Shown here: positions 17,582 to 27,274 of the stretch, piece by piece | Layout: each line of letters opens with the position of its first letter | Numbering within the stretch: the stretch's first letter is position 1 | Assembly: GCA_002435705.1 (NCBI GenBank) | Contig: DIVA01000052.1 | Coordinates: forward strand, 89,936-153,935 | Length of the DNA stretch: 64,000 nt | Reading direction: 5' to 3' | Origin: Bacteriovoracaceae bacterium UBA6144 | GTDB taxonomy: Bacteria; Bdellovibrionota; Bacteriovoracia; Bacteriovoracales; Bacteriovoracaceae | The notes under the pieces: model-generated | What the model was told of the DNA's origin: nothing | Database searches by the model: none | What the model saw: the letters and a program-made list of their open reading frames with translations, nothing else | Program-made: the position numbers and the translations under genes

Positions 17582-18715
17582 GTGACAATTAAGTTTAATC
17601 GATTTGAATGGGCAGGAAGTCTCGGGGATATTGGCACTGATCTGCCGCTACTGATTGCTATGATTTCAGCAGCTCAGCTGGATATTGCAAGTACTTTTAT
17701 TATCTTTGGGCTGATGCAAATCGTTACCGGACTTTTCTATGGCATGCCCATGCCGATGCAGCCCTTAAAGGCCATGGCAGTTATTGTGATTGGCCAAAAA
17801 ATCCCAGCCCCCACTCTTTATGCAGCCGGCTTTGTGATCGGAGTGATGATGCTGCTCTTCACACTTTCGGGGGCTTTGGGAAAAATCAAACAATGGATTC
17901 CCCACCACGTGGTAAGAGGAGTCCAGCTGGGGCTCGCGTTCTCCCTGTTAAAGATTTCTTTGCTAAACTATATTTTTACCTCCGATACACAAGGTATCTT
18001 TTTAGCCTTCATCTCAGGCATCTTTTATCTATTGGCCAAACAAAAAGCGAAGTTTCCAGCGGCTTTTATTTTTATTTTTGCAGGAATCATTTATGCCATT
18101 GGAGTCAAGGGACAAAACATGGGATTTCTGCTAACTCCCAAAATCTCACTTCCCGTTCTGCATGGTTTGCAGCTACAGGAACTCTGGCCTGCTTTTTTAA
18201 TCCTGGCCCTTCCCCAATTCCCCTTGAGCTTAGCTAACTCTGTCATTGCGACTCAACAGACGGCCCAAGATCTTTTTCCGGCTAAAGGACTCAGTCTCAG
18301 GCAGATTGGGTTTACTTACTCGATCGTCAATCTGATCGTTCCTTTTTTTTCTGGTGTCCCTCTTTGTCATGGCAGCGGTGGACTTGCGGGGCATTATGGA
18401 TTTGGGGCACGCACAGGTGGCTCTGTGATCATCTATGGCAGTTTTTATCTGCTCACAGGCCTATTCTTTGCTCATGCCCTTGGAGCAGTGTTAGAATTTT
18501 TTCCTGCTTCTCTCTTAGGTATGATACTTTTTTTTGAAGCTATCGTTTTAATCAGTTTGTCGAGAGATCTAATGTCGCGGCGACAAGAACTGGGAATTGC
18601 TCTCATGGTAGGTGCTACTTGTGCTCTTCTGCCCCAGGGGTTTTTACTAGGAACGATGTTAGGGGTTGTGCTCAGTAGGGCAAAAGATAAAAATTCGCGC
18701 GTAGGAGAAAGATGA
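17582..18715 (+). CDS. MOT1/SulP-related putative molybdate/sulfate transporter
   Basis: 377-aa polytopic protein. The N-terminal FEWAGSLGDIGTDLPLLIAMI is typical of MFS_MOT1-type transporters. GTG start. Confidence 0.55.
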   Translation: MTIKFNRFEWAGSLGDIGTDLPLLIAMISAAQLDIASTFIIFGLMQIVTGLFYGMPMPMQPLKAMAVIVIGQKIPAPTLYAAGFVIGVMMLLFTLSGALGKIKQWIPHHVVRGVQLGLAFSLLKISLLNYIFTSDTQGIFLAFISGIFYLLAKQKAKFPAAFIFIFAGIIYAIGVKGQNMGFLLTPKISLPVLHGLQLQELWPAFLILALPQFPLSLANSVIATQQTAQDLFPAKGLSLRQIGFTYSIVNLIVPFFSGVPLCHGSGGLAGHYGFGARTGGSVIIYGSFYLLTGLFFAHALGAVLEFFPASLLGMILFFEAIVLISLSRDLMSRRQELGIALMVGATCALLPQGFLLGTMLGVVLSRAKDKNSRVGER

Positions 18716-19470
18716 TGAATACACTTATGGCCTTTATTCTTGGGATAGTGGAGGGGATGACAGAGTTCTTGCCTGTTTCTTCAACGGGGCATTTGATTCT
18801 TGCCTCGAATGCTCTGGGAATTGAGAACAATGAGTTTCTGAAACTGTTTGAGATTGTGATTCAAACCGGTGCTATTTTTGCCATTATTTTTATCTACTTC
18901 AAAGAACTCTGGGCTGACAAAACTTATGTTATTAAGTTGGCCGTGGCATTTTTTCCAACAGGCGTTTTGGGATTAGTCGCTTATCCGATTATTAAAAAGC
19001 ATCTTTTTACTCCTGAAGTCGTTGTGGGTGCTCTCTTTGTGGGTGGGATCGTGTTGATCTTTTTAGAACAGTTCACAGCGCGTATCCCTGAACGCAAGCA
19101 AACTTATCCGCGACTTTTCCTCTTGGGGATTTTCCAGTGCCTGGCCTTCATCCCTGGTGTCTCACGTTCTGCTTCTACCATTCTGGGCGCTAAGCTTCTA
19201 GGGGCCAGTCGTGCCGAGGCAGTTAAATTCTCATTTCTGCTTGCGATACCAACGATTCTTTCGGCCTCGGGTTACTCACTTCTCAAGGTAAATCACACAC
19301 TGAGCACCGATGAGATTTGGTACTTAGTTGTTGGTCTTGTGACTTCATTTGTCTTTGGCTATATCTCGGTGAAAATTTTTTTAAAGCTGCTAGATAAGAA
19401 GGCTTTTGTGATTTGTGGTGTCTACCGAATCATTTTTTCTCTGATTTATTTCTTTGTGTTTATTCGTTAG
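18712..19470 (+). CDS. uppP: undecaprenyl-diphosphate phosphatase
   Basis: GIVEGMTEFLPVSSTGHLIL and PGVSRSASTI motifs of BacA/UppP. 4-nt overlap with the upstream gene. Confidence 0.85.
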   Translation: MMNTLMAFILGIVEGMTEFLPVSSTGHLILASNALGIENNEFLKLFEIVIQTGAIFAIIFIYFKELWADKTYVIKLAVAFFPTGVLGLVAYPIIKKHLFTPEVVVGALFVGGIVLIFLEQFTARIPERKQTYPRLFLLGIFQCLAFIPGVSRSASTILGAKLLGASRAEAVKFSFLLAIPTILSASGYSLLKVNHTLSTDEIWYLVVGLVTSFVFGYISVKIFLKLLDKKAFVICGVYRIIFSLIYFFVFIR

Positions 19471-20132
19471 GCTTTGCGTGTTCCATCGGGCTGAGTGGAG
19501 TTAATAGTATAGTAGCTTCCTGCTGGGATGATTTGTCCTGCAGGAATATTCGTTCCCGGCCCAAGTGTGCAGAATGCGCCAATAAATGTTCCTTTAGAAA
19601 TTTTAATGTCTTTAATATAAATGTACATTTTTCCATTCTTTGTCATGGCCACATGAGGGGAGATGTAGGTTTTATTTCCAATGAAGACGAAATCTTCAAA
19701 ATGGACATTCCCCCGATCAACGATCTCTACTCCAGGGAGAATATAAACTCCTTTTCCAATTTTTGATCCCCACAATCTCAGCCAAGCATTATATAGACCC
19801 GGTATCAGGAAGAGCATGCGCTCTAACTGAGGAAAAATCATGAAAATCTTCTGCATACGAAATGAATTGATCCATGGGTGGTATTCATTGGGATCAACGA
19901 GGGTTGCCCCTTGTTTCATAGGATAGAGGGCATTGAAAAATCGTTGGGTGAGTGGCGGAAGAAGATAAATATTGGCCAGGGCCAATATGAAAAAGAGAGG
20001 TTGAGATTTTTTTAGACCAAGATAAATTAGTGTCGTAAAACCAATCGCTAAAAAGAAAGCGAAATAAATGAGAAAAAACTTAGTAAGATTATAAACCCAG
20101 CGGGGCATGACTCGATTCTTCTTTTTACTCAT
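19467..20132 (-). CDS. membrane-anchored hexapeptide-repeat (left-handed beta-helix) acyltransferase-like protein
   Basis: Two N-terminal TM helices, then an LbH-like region GKGVYILPGVEIVDRGNVHFEDFVFIGNKTYISPHV...ISKGTFIGAFCTLGPGTNIPAGQIIPAGS. Confidence 0.5.
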   Translation of the reverse strand: MSKKKNRVMPRWVYNLTKFFLIYFAFFLAIGFTTLIYLGLKKSQPLFFILALANIYLLPPLTQRFFNALYPMKQGATLVDPNEYHPWINSFRMQKIFMIFPQLERMLFLIPGLYNAWLRLWGSKIGKGVYILPGVEIVDRGNVHFEDFVFIGNKTYISPHVAMTKNGKMYIYIKDIKISKGTFIGAFCTLGPGTNIPAGQIIPAGSYYTINSTQPDGTRKA

Positions 20133-20152
20133 GATTTAGTGTAGCATAAATT

Positions 20153-21505
20153 ATGACCATAAAACTTCAGCCGCAGATGCCTCCTAAAGATTTTCTTACA
20201 GGCCCAGTTTCTGGGCATATGTTTCAGATGATTAAAGATCGCTTCCAGTTTCTCCAAAAAGCCATGTTAAATCAGGGTGATTTTGTCCACTTTAAGTATT
20301 TTAGAGATAATACTTATTTAATGCTTCATCCCGATGGCATAAAGCATGTTCTCTCAACGGGGCAGGCCAAGTATTCAAAGATGGTGCGAGGGACGCAGAT
20401 GTTAGCGCTTATTGGAGGTCGAGGACTTTTGACCAGTGAGGGTGAGTTTTGGCAGCAGAGTCGACGTGTGATACAGCCTTTCTTCATCAAAAAACAATAC
20501 GCTCGCTATGTAGAAATGATGAATGATTGTGCGCTTAAACTGGTGGCGCGCTGGAAAGAGAGATTTCTCGACCGTGAGTTTGATCTTTCTCCTGAAATGA
20601 CAAAATTTACTCTCAACGTTTTAGGACGCTCCATCTTTAATGAAGACTTTGACCCTCATACAGATACGGTTTATGAGTCGCTCAGAGGCTTACTCAATAT
20701 TACCGAAGATCGTATCGTGCATTTAATCCCACGCAGGGGAAAAGCTAAAAAAGAACAAGATCTGGCTTTTGCTCGCGAGATGAAGATATTAGAAGACTTA
20801 GTGGATGGTTTGATCATTAAAAGTAAAAACGCCACGACCCTAGATCCGGAGAAGAATTTTATTCATGCCATGATGGCAAGCAGTGTGGAGTTTAGTGACA
20901 AGGATCTAAGAGACCATGTGATCTCCCTTTTGATTGCAGGCCATGAGACGACTGCTACGGCCTTGAGCTGGTTGTTCATTCTTTTAGAAAATCACCCGAC
21001 CCATAAAAAGAAGATATTAGACGAGATAGCTCTTATCCCTCAGGAGCAAGTCAGCTTGGAGGAGATCGATTCACTGGAATTCACAAAGTGCTGTGCCCAA
21101 GAATCACTTAGACTTTATCCTCCTTTCTGGATCATGGGACGTGTCGCTACTCAGGAAGATGAACTCCTGGGCCACCCCATAAAAAAAGGTGATCGAATTC
21201 AAATCAATCCTTATTTCACTCACCATAACCCTCGTTACTGGGAGCAGCCGGAAGAATTTAGACCGGAGAGATTCTTGCCTGAGAATATTTCCAAAATAAA
21301 TGAGTATTGCTTCATTCCTTTCGGCAAAGGGCCTCGAACTTGTATTGGAAACCACTTTGCGATGTTTGAAATGCTAGTAGGAGTGTTTCAACTCTTAAAG
21401 CATTTTGATTTTCAGGTCGTGAATGCTCAGGCCATCAAGCCTGATTTTAGAATTACCCTAAGGCCTGATCAAGAGGTGAAAGTTAAGATTAAAGTGATCA
21501 AGTAG
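20153..21505 (+). CDS. cytochrome P450
   Basis: Heme-thiolate loop FGKGPRTCIGNHFA, I-helix AGHETTA, ExxR (ESLR). Confidence 0.9.
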   Translation: MTIKLQPQMPPKDFLTGPVSGHMFQMIKDRFQFLQKAMLNQGDFVHFKYFRDNTYLMLHPDGIKHVLSTGQAKYSKMVRGTQMLALIGGRGLLTSEGEFWQQSRRVIQPFFIKKQYARYVEMMNDCALKLVARWKERFLDREFDLSPEMTKFTLNVLGRSIFNEDFDPHTDTVYESLRGLLNITEDRIVHLIPRRGKAKKEQDLAFAREMKILEDLVDGLIIKSKNATTLDPEKNFIHAMMASSVEFSDKDLRDHVISLLIAGHETTATALSWLFILLENHPTHKKKILDEIALIPQEQVSLEEIDSLEFTKCCAQESLRLYPPFWIMGRVATQEDELLGHPIKKGDRIQINPYFTHHNPRYWEQPEEFRPERFLPENISKINEYCFIPFGKGPRTCIGNHFAMFEMLVGVFQLLKHFDFQVVNAQAIKPDFRITLRPDQEVKVKIKVIK

Positions 21506-22348
21506 AGCTATAAGTATCCAGCAAGCATAAAAAAGCCCGATATAGGCACTACCGATCAAAGTAATTTTTTCTTTTTTCACGACCCTACTCAATCGTAGTA
21601 TCTGGACACAAAAGAGTGTGACAGGAATCCATGATTGAGTCAGGTAAAGCATTGACCCCATGGCAATAAAAGCGAACACATCACTTAGAAGCAACGAGGG
21701 CATGAAACCCAATGCCTGAGAGTAAGAGCGTTTCCCTGTTTTTTCGTCTCTTGGGTAGAATATTTTTCGAGAAAATTCATAATAGAGAAATGAGCTCGCA
21801 AAAGAAAGCATAAGGATGAGATCCTCATATTGAGGATCCGTGGACCAATGGAAGTAAAAAAGTGCTGTGATGTAGATCGAGAGAGCGATGTTTATAGGAT
21901 AAGTTAATATTAAATTAAGCATCATATGTGAGCGCACTATGGCAGATTTTTTCTCGAGGATGAGGAGAAAAAAAGAATAGGCAATCTGGCCTATGAGAAT
22001 GGCAAGGACCTCATAACCATTTAGGGCATTTAACGATAGAAAACCGGTGCAACTGATCAAAATAAAAAAATAGAGATCACGATGCGTTAAGCTTTTTTTC
22101 ACCAAGGGTCGGTCAGGATTAAAATGAAGATCATATTCATAGTCTTTGATCTCATCCATGATTCGTAAAAAAAGTAGTGAGAGATAGAGGGTGAGGATTG
22201 CGACAATGAGATAGGGTGAAAATTGAAGTGCGTGGCCATGCGTGAGGCAGAGTCCACAGTAGAAAGCCAAGACCCAATTAAGGGCGAAGTAGAGGTGGAC
22301 TCCTGGATGGTAGACGTCTCGGCAAAATTGATTTAATTTTTTCATCAT
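21458..22348 (-). CDS. UbiA-superfamily-like polytopic prenyltransferase (last gene of PKS-like operon)
   Basis: About 8 TM helices. Asp-rich loop MDEIKDYEYDLHFNPDRPL resembles the first UbiA motif followed by RPL. 4-nt overlap with the upstream gene. Confidence 0.5.
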   Translation of the reverse strand: MMKKLNQFCRDVYHPGVHLYFALNWVLAFYCGLCLTHGHALQFSPYLIVAILTLYLSLLFLRIMDEIKDYEYDLHFNPDRPLVKKSLTHRDLYFFILISCTGFLSLNALNGYEVLAILIGQIAYSFFLLILEKKSAIVRSHMMLNLILTYPINIALSIYITALFYFHWSTDPQYEDLILMLSFASSFLYYEFSRKIFYPRDEKTGKRSYSQALGFMPSLLLSDVFAFIAMGSMLYLTQSWIPVTLFCVQILRLSRVVKKEKITLIGSAYIGLFYACWILIALLDHFNLNFHLLIRP

Positions 22349-25032
22349 GACTCAATGATACGAATGATCCCAAGACCCCCATCGATCTCAATCATTTGTC
22401 CCTCTTTTATCTTTTGAGTGACTCCAGGAACCGACACAATTGTGGGGATCCCAAATTTTCTGCCAGTGATCGCCGTGTGGGAGAGCATCGACCCTCGCTC
22501 CACCACCATCCCTTTGGAGGCGAGCATCAGAAAAAGCCACCCTGGATCTGTTTCTTTGGCGATCAAAATATCACCATCAAACATTTTTTCTACTTTTTGT
22601 GGATCAAGCACAATCCGCGCACGGCCTCGAACAATCCCAGGGCTAGATCCCAACCCCTTGAGTGTTGTTGCATCTTCTTGGATTTCTGGTTTTATGAGGA
22701 CCTGCTGATAAAGCGCTCCATTTGTGGTGATATCCATGGGGAGATCCACTTTTTCATGGGCTGCAAATTCTTGTCTTCTCAGATGAATGATCTCTTTTAA
22801 ATTGGTTTGAAGACTCGATCCCTCAATCAATCCAAAAACTTCATCTACGTGAAGAAAAAAGATGTCACTGGTATCTTGAATGACTCCAGCGTCTTTGAAA
22901 TGGAGAGCGATGCGATTAAAGATACGTTTAGAAAAGCCAAACAGTTCTGAACGGCAGTAGCGGGTATCTTCACGGTTTTGAATAAAACCTCTGAGACGCC
23001 AAAACTGAAAGCGCAGGATGGCGCGCTTAAAGGGGGAGAAGCGTAGTTTTTTAGCCAGTAGAGCTTCACCCTCTTCTCGGCGTTTTAATTCATCTTCTAG
23101 TATTTTTTCAACTGTCAAATTTTGAGAAAGGTAGTTTTTGATAATTTGAATGAGTTGAACCGGATCATCTCTCAGGCTTTTTTGTTCCAGCTTTAATTCC
23201 TGTAGGCCCCGGTCTCCAAAATGATACAGGTGATGCTCGATTTTTTCTTTCAGATGGCTGAAGGCATTGTCTTGGTAAATTCTATTCCATATGAAACTCT
23301 GATCTTCGGACTCAAAGAGTTGCAAGAGTAATGGGTCTTTTTTTACGAATTCACTCAGTGAGACACCATTGTACATGATCTCAACGCTCTTAAAATTATG
23401 ACCTCCGCACAGGAGGTTACTCATGAGTTGAGGATCATGTATTTTCCATGATTTCATGAGAAATTCTGTCACATGGTAGGCGGTCGGCAGGTGAGTGTCA
23501 TTGAGGAGAGTGATCCACCACTTGACGCCTACATCCTGCCATAATTGACGGTAGAGACTCATGCATTCAAAGCTTGAAAGTTCTTTAAAGTCTTTGCCTC
23601 TTAGTGGCTTGAAACGTTCTTCCCACCACATCAAGAATCGATTCACGTCTCTTTGATTGGTCAGGTAGCGCCAACTAATCAGCGCCAGTCCAAAGAGCGT
23701 GTAGCGAATAGAACCCAGACCTTTAATAAATTTTTTAAACTGACCTAGTCCTTGATCAATATGAAAGGAGCCAGAAAACCCCATCATGTCTTCCCATTGC
23801 TTTTTAAAAAAGATAAAAAGCGGACTCAGTGAGTGCAGGCGATAGAAACTTGAAAGATTGTAATAAATTTTACCATGCAGATAACCCACCATATGGTCGA
23901 GATGCTCAATGTTTTGCATGATAATTTTTTCAGGAACACCCAGGGCCCGATAGCAGTCGATAAATATGATACGGTAGAAGTCTTGAGCAAAAGAAAAGGT
24001 CAAGGGGGTGCTGGTCCCAGGAAAACTTTCAGACACATTGGCACTTGTCCAAACGATCACGCTTTGTTCACTAAACTGAATAGGGCGAGATTGTAAAATA
24101 TAAATCCTCTCATCTACCAGACACCCCTCAATGTCTTGGGGGGAAGCAAAAATCTTTTCAATTTTTTTGCCCATCTCACACAGCTTAAGTAGTTGGGCGT
24201 CGGTTAGGACCGGAGCCGTTTTTAGATCTGCCGGAGTAGGCTTTTCTATGATGCCTTCACCCTTCAAATCATCGTGGGTGAGATAGGTCTCTTTCGTTAC
24301 CACTTTTTTCTGAATAAAATTATTATTGGTTTTAATAAAATAATGATCTGTCTCGACCTTCTCTTGAACCACTCCTTCGCCCACACCGAGGCCTGCAACG
24401 ATGAGGGTTTTTTTCTCTAGGGTGTTTGGGTCACAGGTGAACATGACAAAAGATTTCTCTGCAAATATCATCTCTTGTATCCCCACCGCGACAGTGAAAT
24501 CAAAAAGATCAATCCCTTGCGTATGACGATAGGTCAAAACTTGAGGGCTAAAACCAGAGGCAAAACAGTCTTTTATGCGACTCAGAAGACTTTCTTTTTT
24601 TACATACAAAAAAGATTCACTCATTCCCGCAAAGGCATGGAGAACGGAGTCTTCGCTGTGGTCACGATTTTGAGATATCATCGAAGAGCGCACAGAAACC
24701 AGAGTGCCTGGCTTAAAGAGTTGATCAAATTTCTGGTGGAGAAGTTGGCTGAAGTCCTGAGGAAACTCAATATTTGAAATGAGTGAGTGGAGCTTGTGGC
24801 TTGCATCTTTTATACTTTGATCCGACTGCCAGTCAGTAGCCGCCAGAAGCTCTCGGAAGTCTTTTTGGAGATGACTCACTAGCTGTTTAAATACTTCTCC
24901 AGTGAGGCAAAAAAATGGAGGTACGGGTAATCCTGCTCGGGCCATAACCGATTGTTTCTGAAATTTTCCACCGACTTCTTCATCATGGAGTTTGTCACTT
25001 GAGAGCTTAAGGTGTCCGGCGGAGAGCTTCAT
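22345..25032 (-). CDS. PEP/pyruvate-binding (ATP-grasp) + swivelling phosphohistidine domain protein, rifampicin-phosphotransferase-like architecture
   Basis: N-terminal PPDK_N-like EEVGGKFQKQSVMARAGLPVPPFFCLT. C-terminal PEP-utiliser mobile domain ILIAKETDPGWLFLMLASKGMVVERGSMLSHTAITGRKFGIPTIV. About 450-aa helical middle domain. 895 aa. Confidence 0.75.
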   Translation of the reverse strand: MKLSAGHLKLSSDKLHDEEVGGKFQKQSVMARAGLPVPPFFCLTGEVFKQLVSHLQKDFRELLAATDWQSDQSIKDASHKLHSLISNIEFPQDFSQLLHQKFDQLFKPGTLVSVRSSMISQNRDHSEDSVLHAFAGMSESFLYVKKESLLSRIKDCFASGFSPQVLTYRHTQGIDLFDFTVAVGIQEMIFAEKSFVMFTCDPNTLEKKTLIVAGLGVGEGVVQEKVETDHYFIKTNNNFIQKKVVTKETYLTHDDLKGEGIIEKPTPADLKTAPVLTDAQLLKLCEMGKKIEKIFASPQDIEGCLVDERIYILQSRPIQFSEQSVIVWTSANVSESFPGTSTPLTFSFAQDFYRIIFIDCYRALGVPEKIIMQNIEHLDHMVGYLHGKIYYNLSSFYRLHSLSPLFIFFKKQWEDMMGFSGSFHIDQGLGQFKKFIKGLGSIRYTLFGLALISWRYLTNQRDVNRFLMWWEERFKPLRGKDFKELSSFECMSLYRQLWQDVGVKWWITLLNDTHLPTAYHVTEFLMKSWKIHDPQLMSNLLCGGHNFKSVEIMYNGVSLSEFVKKDPLLLQLFESEDQSFIWNRIYQDNAFSHLKEKIEHHLYHFGDRGLQELKLEQKSLRDDPVQLIQIIKNYLSQNLTVEKILEDELKRREEGEALLAKKLRFSPFKRAILRFQFWRLRGFIQNREDTRYCRSELFGFSKRIFNRIALHFKDAGVIQDTSDIFFLHVDEVFGLIEGSSLQTNLKEIIHLRRQEFAAHEKVDLPMDITTNGALYQQVLIKPEIQEDATTLKGLGSSPGIVRGRARIVLDPQKVEKMFDGDILIAKETDPGWLFLMLASKGMVVERGSMLSHTAITGRKFGIPTIVSVPGVTQKIKEGQMIEIDGGLGIIRIIES

Positions 25033-25958
25033 GGATGGCCTCTGGAGAGTGATTGTGCAAGTGGCTTGAGCTTCCCGATTGAATCGATAGCTTTAAACTC
25101 AGGGTATAGACTGATTAATTTTTCAGTGTCCATCGTTTGATTTTGACCAATCAGTTGCAGTTTTGTTGCCAGTGACTTCGGGCCCACTAGTTTTGTGACA
25201 GCAATAAAGAGCTTCACTGGAATGCTTCGGCGATGATGAAAGTTACCAAAGAGTGAATAGATTTCTTTGAGACTTATGCTTTGCGGGTAAGCGACATTTA
25301 AAACCATGGACTTCTCTAGATTGAGACCCAAAAGTATCAAGCGTACATAATCTTCTACGAGGATGTAACTGTATCGCTGTTCTCCGTTCCCCAATAAAAC
25401 ACCTTTTTGGAACTGCTGATAAATTTTGGGAAGTGTTTCTGTTTCACGCGGATCAAATAAAAAGCGTGGTCTAAAAATGTGATAAGGGATCTGTGCATTT
25501 GTTGCAAAGTTCACTACGAGTTCTTCAGCCTCTCGTCTGGTGTGGGCGAGGTTGGTTTGCGGGGCAGTTTGAGCTTCTTCGCTAACATTCAAAAAAGGTC
25601 CTTGGCCGTAGACTGACATGGATGAGCCCAGAAATATTTTTTTTATCCGATTCTGACCTGCAGTTAATATATTTTTGAGTCCATGAACATTGGTTTTTCT
25701 CAATGTTTCAAGATCTCGTGCTTTATGTTGATGGGCGAAGTGAAATAAAAAACTATTCTGTGAAAAGAGATCAGCGGGGATCGATTGAGTCAGATCGCCC
25801 ATGACGTAATCCACACCTGCCAGAGGCTTTGCGGGTAGTCGACGCACAAATGCCTTTATCGTATTTTGTGGATAGGCCGAGATTAACTCTTTAAGTAATG
25901 AGCTACCCACCAGACCATTCGCACCAGTTATAATGAAATGGATCGAGTGATCTACCAT
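25029..25958 (-). CDS. NAD(P)-dependent epimerase/dehydratase-type (extended SDR) oxidoreductase
   Basis: Rossmann motif FIITGANGLVGSSL and SSMSVYG segment. 309 aa. Coupled to its neighbours. Confidence 0.7.
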   Translation of the reverse strand: MVDHSIHFIITGANGLVGSSLLKELISAYPQNTIKAFVRRLPAKPLAGVDYVMGDLTQSIPADLFSQNSFLFHFAHQHKARDLETLRKTNVHGLKNILTAGQNRIKKIFLGSSMSVYGQGPFLNVSEEAQTAPQTNLAHTRREAEELVVNFATNAQIPYHIFRPRFLFDPRETETLPKIYQQFQKGVLLGNGEQRYSYILVEDYVRLILLGLNLEKSMVLNVAYPQSISLKEIYSLFGNFHHRRSIPVKLFIAVTKLVGPKSLATKLQLIGQNQTMDTEKLISLYPEFKAIDSIGKLKPLAQSLSRGHP

Positions 25959-26602
25959 AGCAGGGGAATGATCCTTTTACGGTTGAGAGCATACTCGGGA
26001 TATCCTTTGATTTGAAAGAGGGCCCGCTCTTCCACGAGGATGCGATAGACCACTGCAGGCACATGGATGAGCGCCCAAAACGCGAGAGTCCAATAGTTAA
26101 AAAAGAATAAACTGAAACCGAGGTGAGAGAGGATCATCCCTGTGTAGGCCGGATGGCGCACAAATCGGTAGGGACCCTGACTGATGATTCGATGTTCTGA
26201 TTGAACACGGACTCTGTGCGAGTAGAACTGACCCAACTGTCGAATGGCGACTAAACGAAAGATAATGGCGAGAACAAAGAGGGTGAAGCCTATAGCGTGC
26301 AGGAGATGTAATTCTAAAAATAATCCTGAAAAGTAGAGCCCAGACAAAACAACCAGTGCACGTGAGAATGCGTAGAGTTCAAGTGAAAACGAATCAATTT
26401 GAGTCTTCTCCTGACCGATTTCTTTGGTAGCAACCTTGGACTCTAAAACAATCCACAAGAGGTAGAGTCCCACAAAAACCAGTGTAGGAATAAAGAGAGT
26501 GCTTCCTTGAAGTTCTTGAGCACGCAGATAAGTCAGCCCAGAAATAGAGCCTAGAAACAAAACGGAGAGCAGGATGGGCAAGAAACCTTGAAAATGTCGC
26601 AT
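25952..26602 (-). CDS. isoprenylcysteine carboxyl methyltransferase (ICMT/PEMT)-family membrane methyltransferase
   Basis: Polytopic. C-terminal signature GPYRFVRHPAYTGMIL...VEERAL. Confidence 0.7.
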   Translation of the reverse strand: MRHFQGFLPILLSVLFLGSISGLTYLRAQELQGSTLFIPTLVFVGLYLLWIVLESKVATKEIGQEKTQIDSFSLELYAFSRALVVLSGLYFSGLFLELHLLHAIGFTLFVLAIIFRLVAIRQLGQFYSHRVRVQSEHRIISQGPYRFVRHPAYTGMILSHLGFSLFFFNYWTLAFWALIHVPAVVYRILVEERALFQIKGYPEYALNRKRIIPLLW

Positions 26603-26611
26603 GAACTTCTC

Positions 26612-27274
26612 CTACCAAATAAAAGGGATCATTTTGAAGCGAGTCTGCTTCGCGTATTCTTTGTATCTATTATCCTGCATGAGCAGTTTTTCTTCTAGCT
26701 GAATTCTCAAGATGACTACTCCCAGCCAAAGGCATAGAAAGAGCAAGGAAAAGCGGTTGAGGAATATCAAGCTGACACCAGCGTGAATAAAAAATGTTCC
26801 GCTATAGGCGCCATGGCGAATAACTGAGTACATCCCGCGGTCATGCAGATGTGTTCCAATCTCACGGATTCGATGCCCATAATGAGGTCCCAAATCTTTG
26901 ATACTCTTGCCTCTGACAAAAAATCCTAAAAGCATGATGCCGTAACCAATGCTCGCCACTATCAGGTAGTATTCAGAAGCGATAAGTTGGTTGGCCAAAC
27001 CGAGGCACGAAGCTAGAAGTGAGATCTTGATGAGAGCGGCAAGTTCCATGGTATTTTTGTCATAATCCAGACTTGCGCTCTTGTTCATCTCATTGACTGA
27101 AATTTTTGACTCAAAACTCATATAAAAGACATAACTCACCACAGTCAAAAGTTGGATCACTAAAAAACTCACAGGCCGTGGGATGAGAAACTGTTTGATA
27201 CTAACAAATCCTAAAAAAATCAGCCCGAAAATGGTGAAAAGTAAGGGAGAGAGCTTAATTAATTTATCTTTCAT
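26612..27274 (-). CDS. ICMT-family membrane methyltransferase paralogue (variant motif)
   Basis: Polytopic. GMYSVIRHGAYSGTFF...LEEKLL is homologous to the downstream neighbour, but the canonical RHP motif reads RHG. Confidence 0.65.
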   Translation of the reverse strand: MKDKLIKLSPLLFTIFGLIFLGFVSIKQFLIPRPVSFLVIQLLTVVSYVFYMSFESKISVNEMNKSASLDYDKNTMELAALIKISLLASCLGLANQLIASEYYLIVASIGYGIMLLGFFVRGKSIKDLGPHYGHRIREIGTHLHDRGMYSVIRHGAYSGTFFIHAGVSLIFLNRFSLLFLCLWLGVVILRIQLEEKLLMQDNRYKEYAKQTRFKMIPFIW

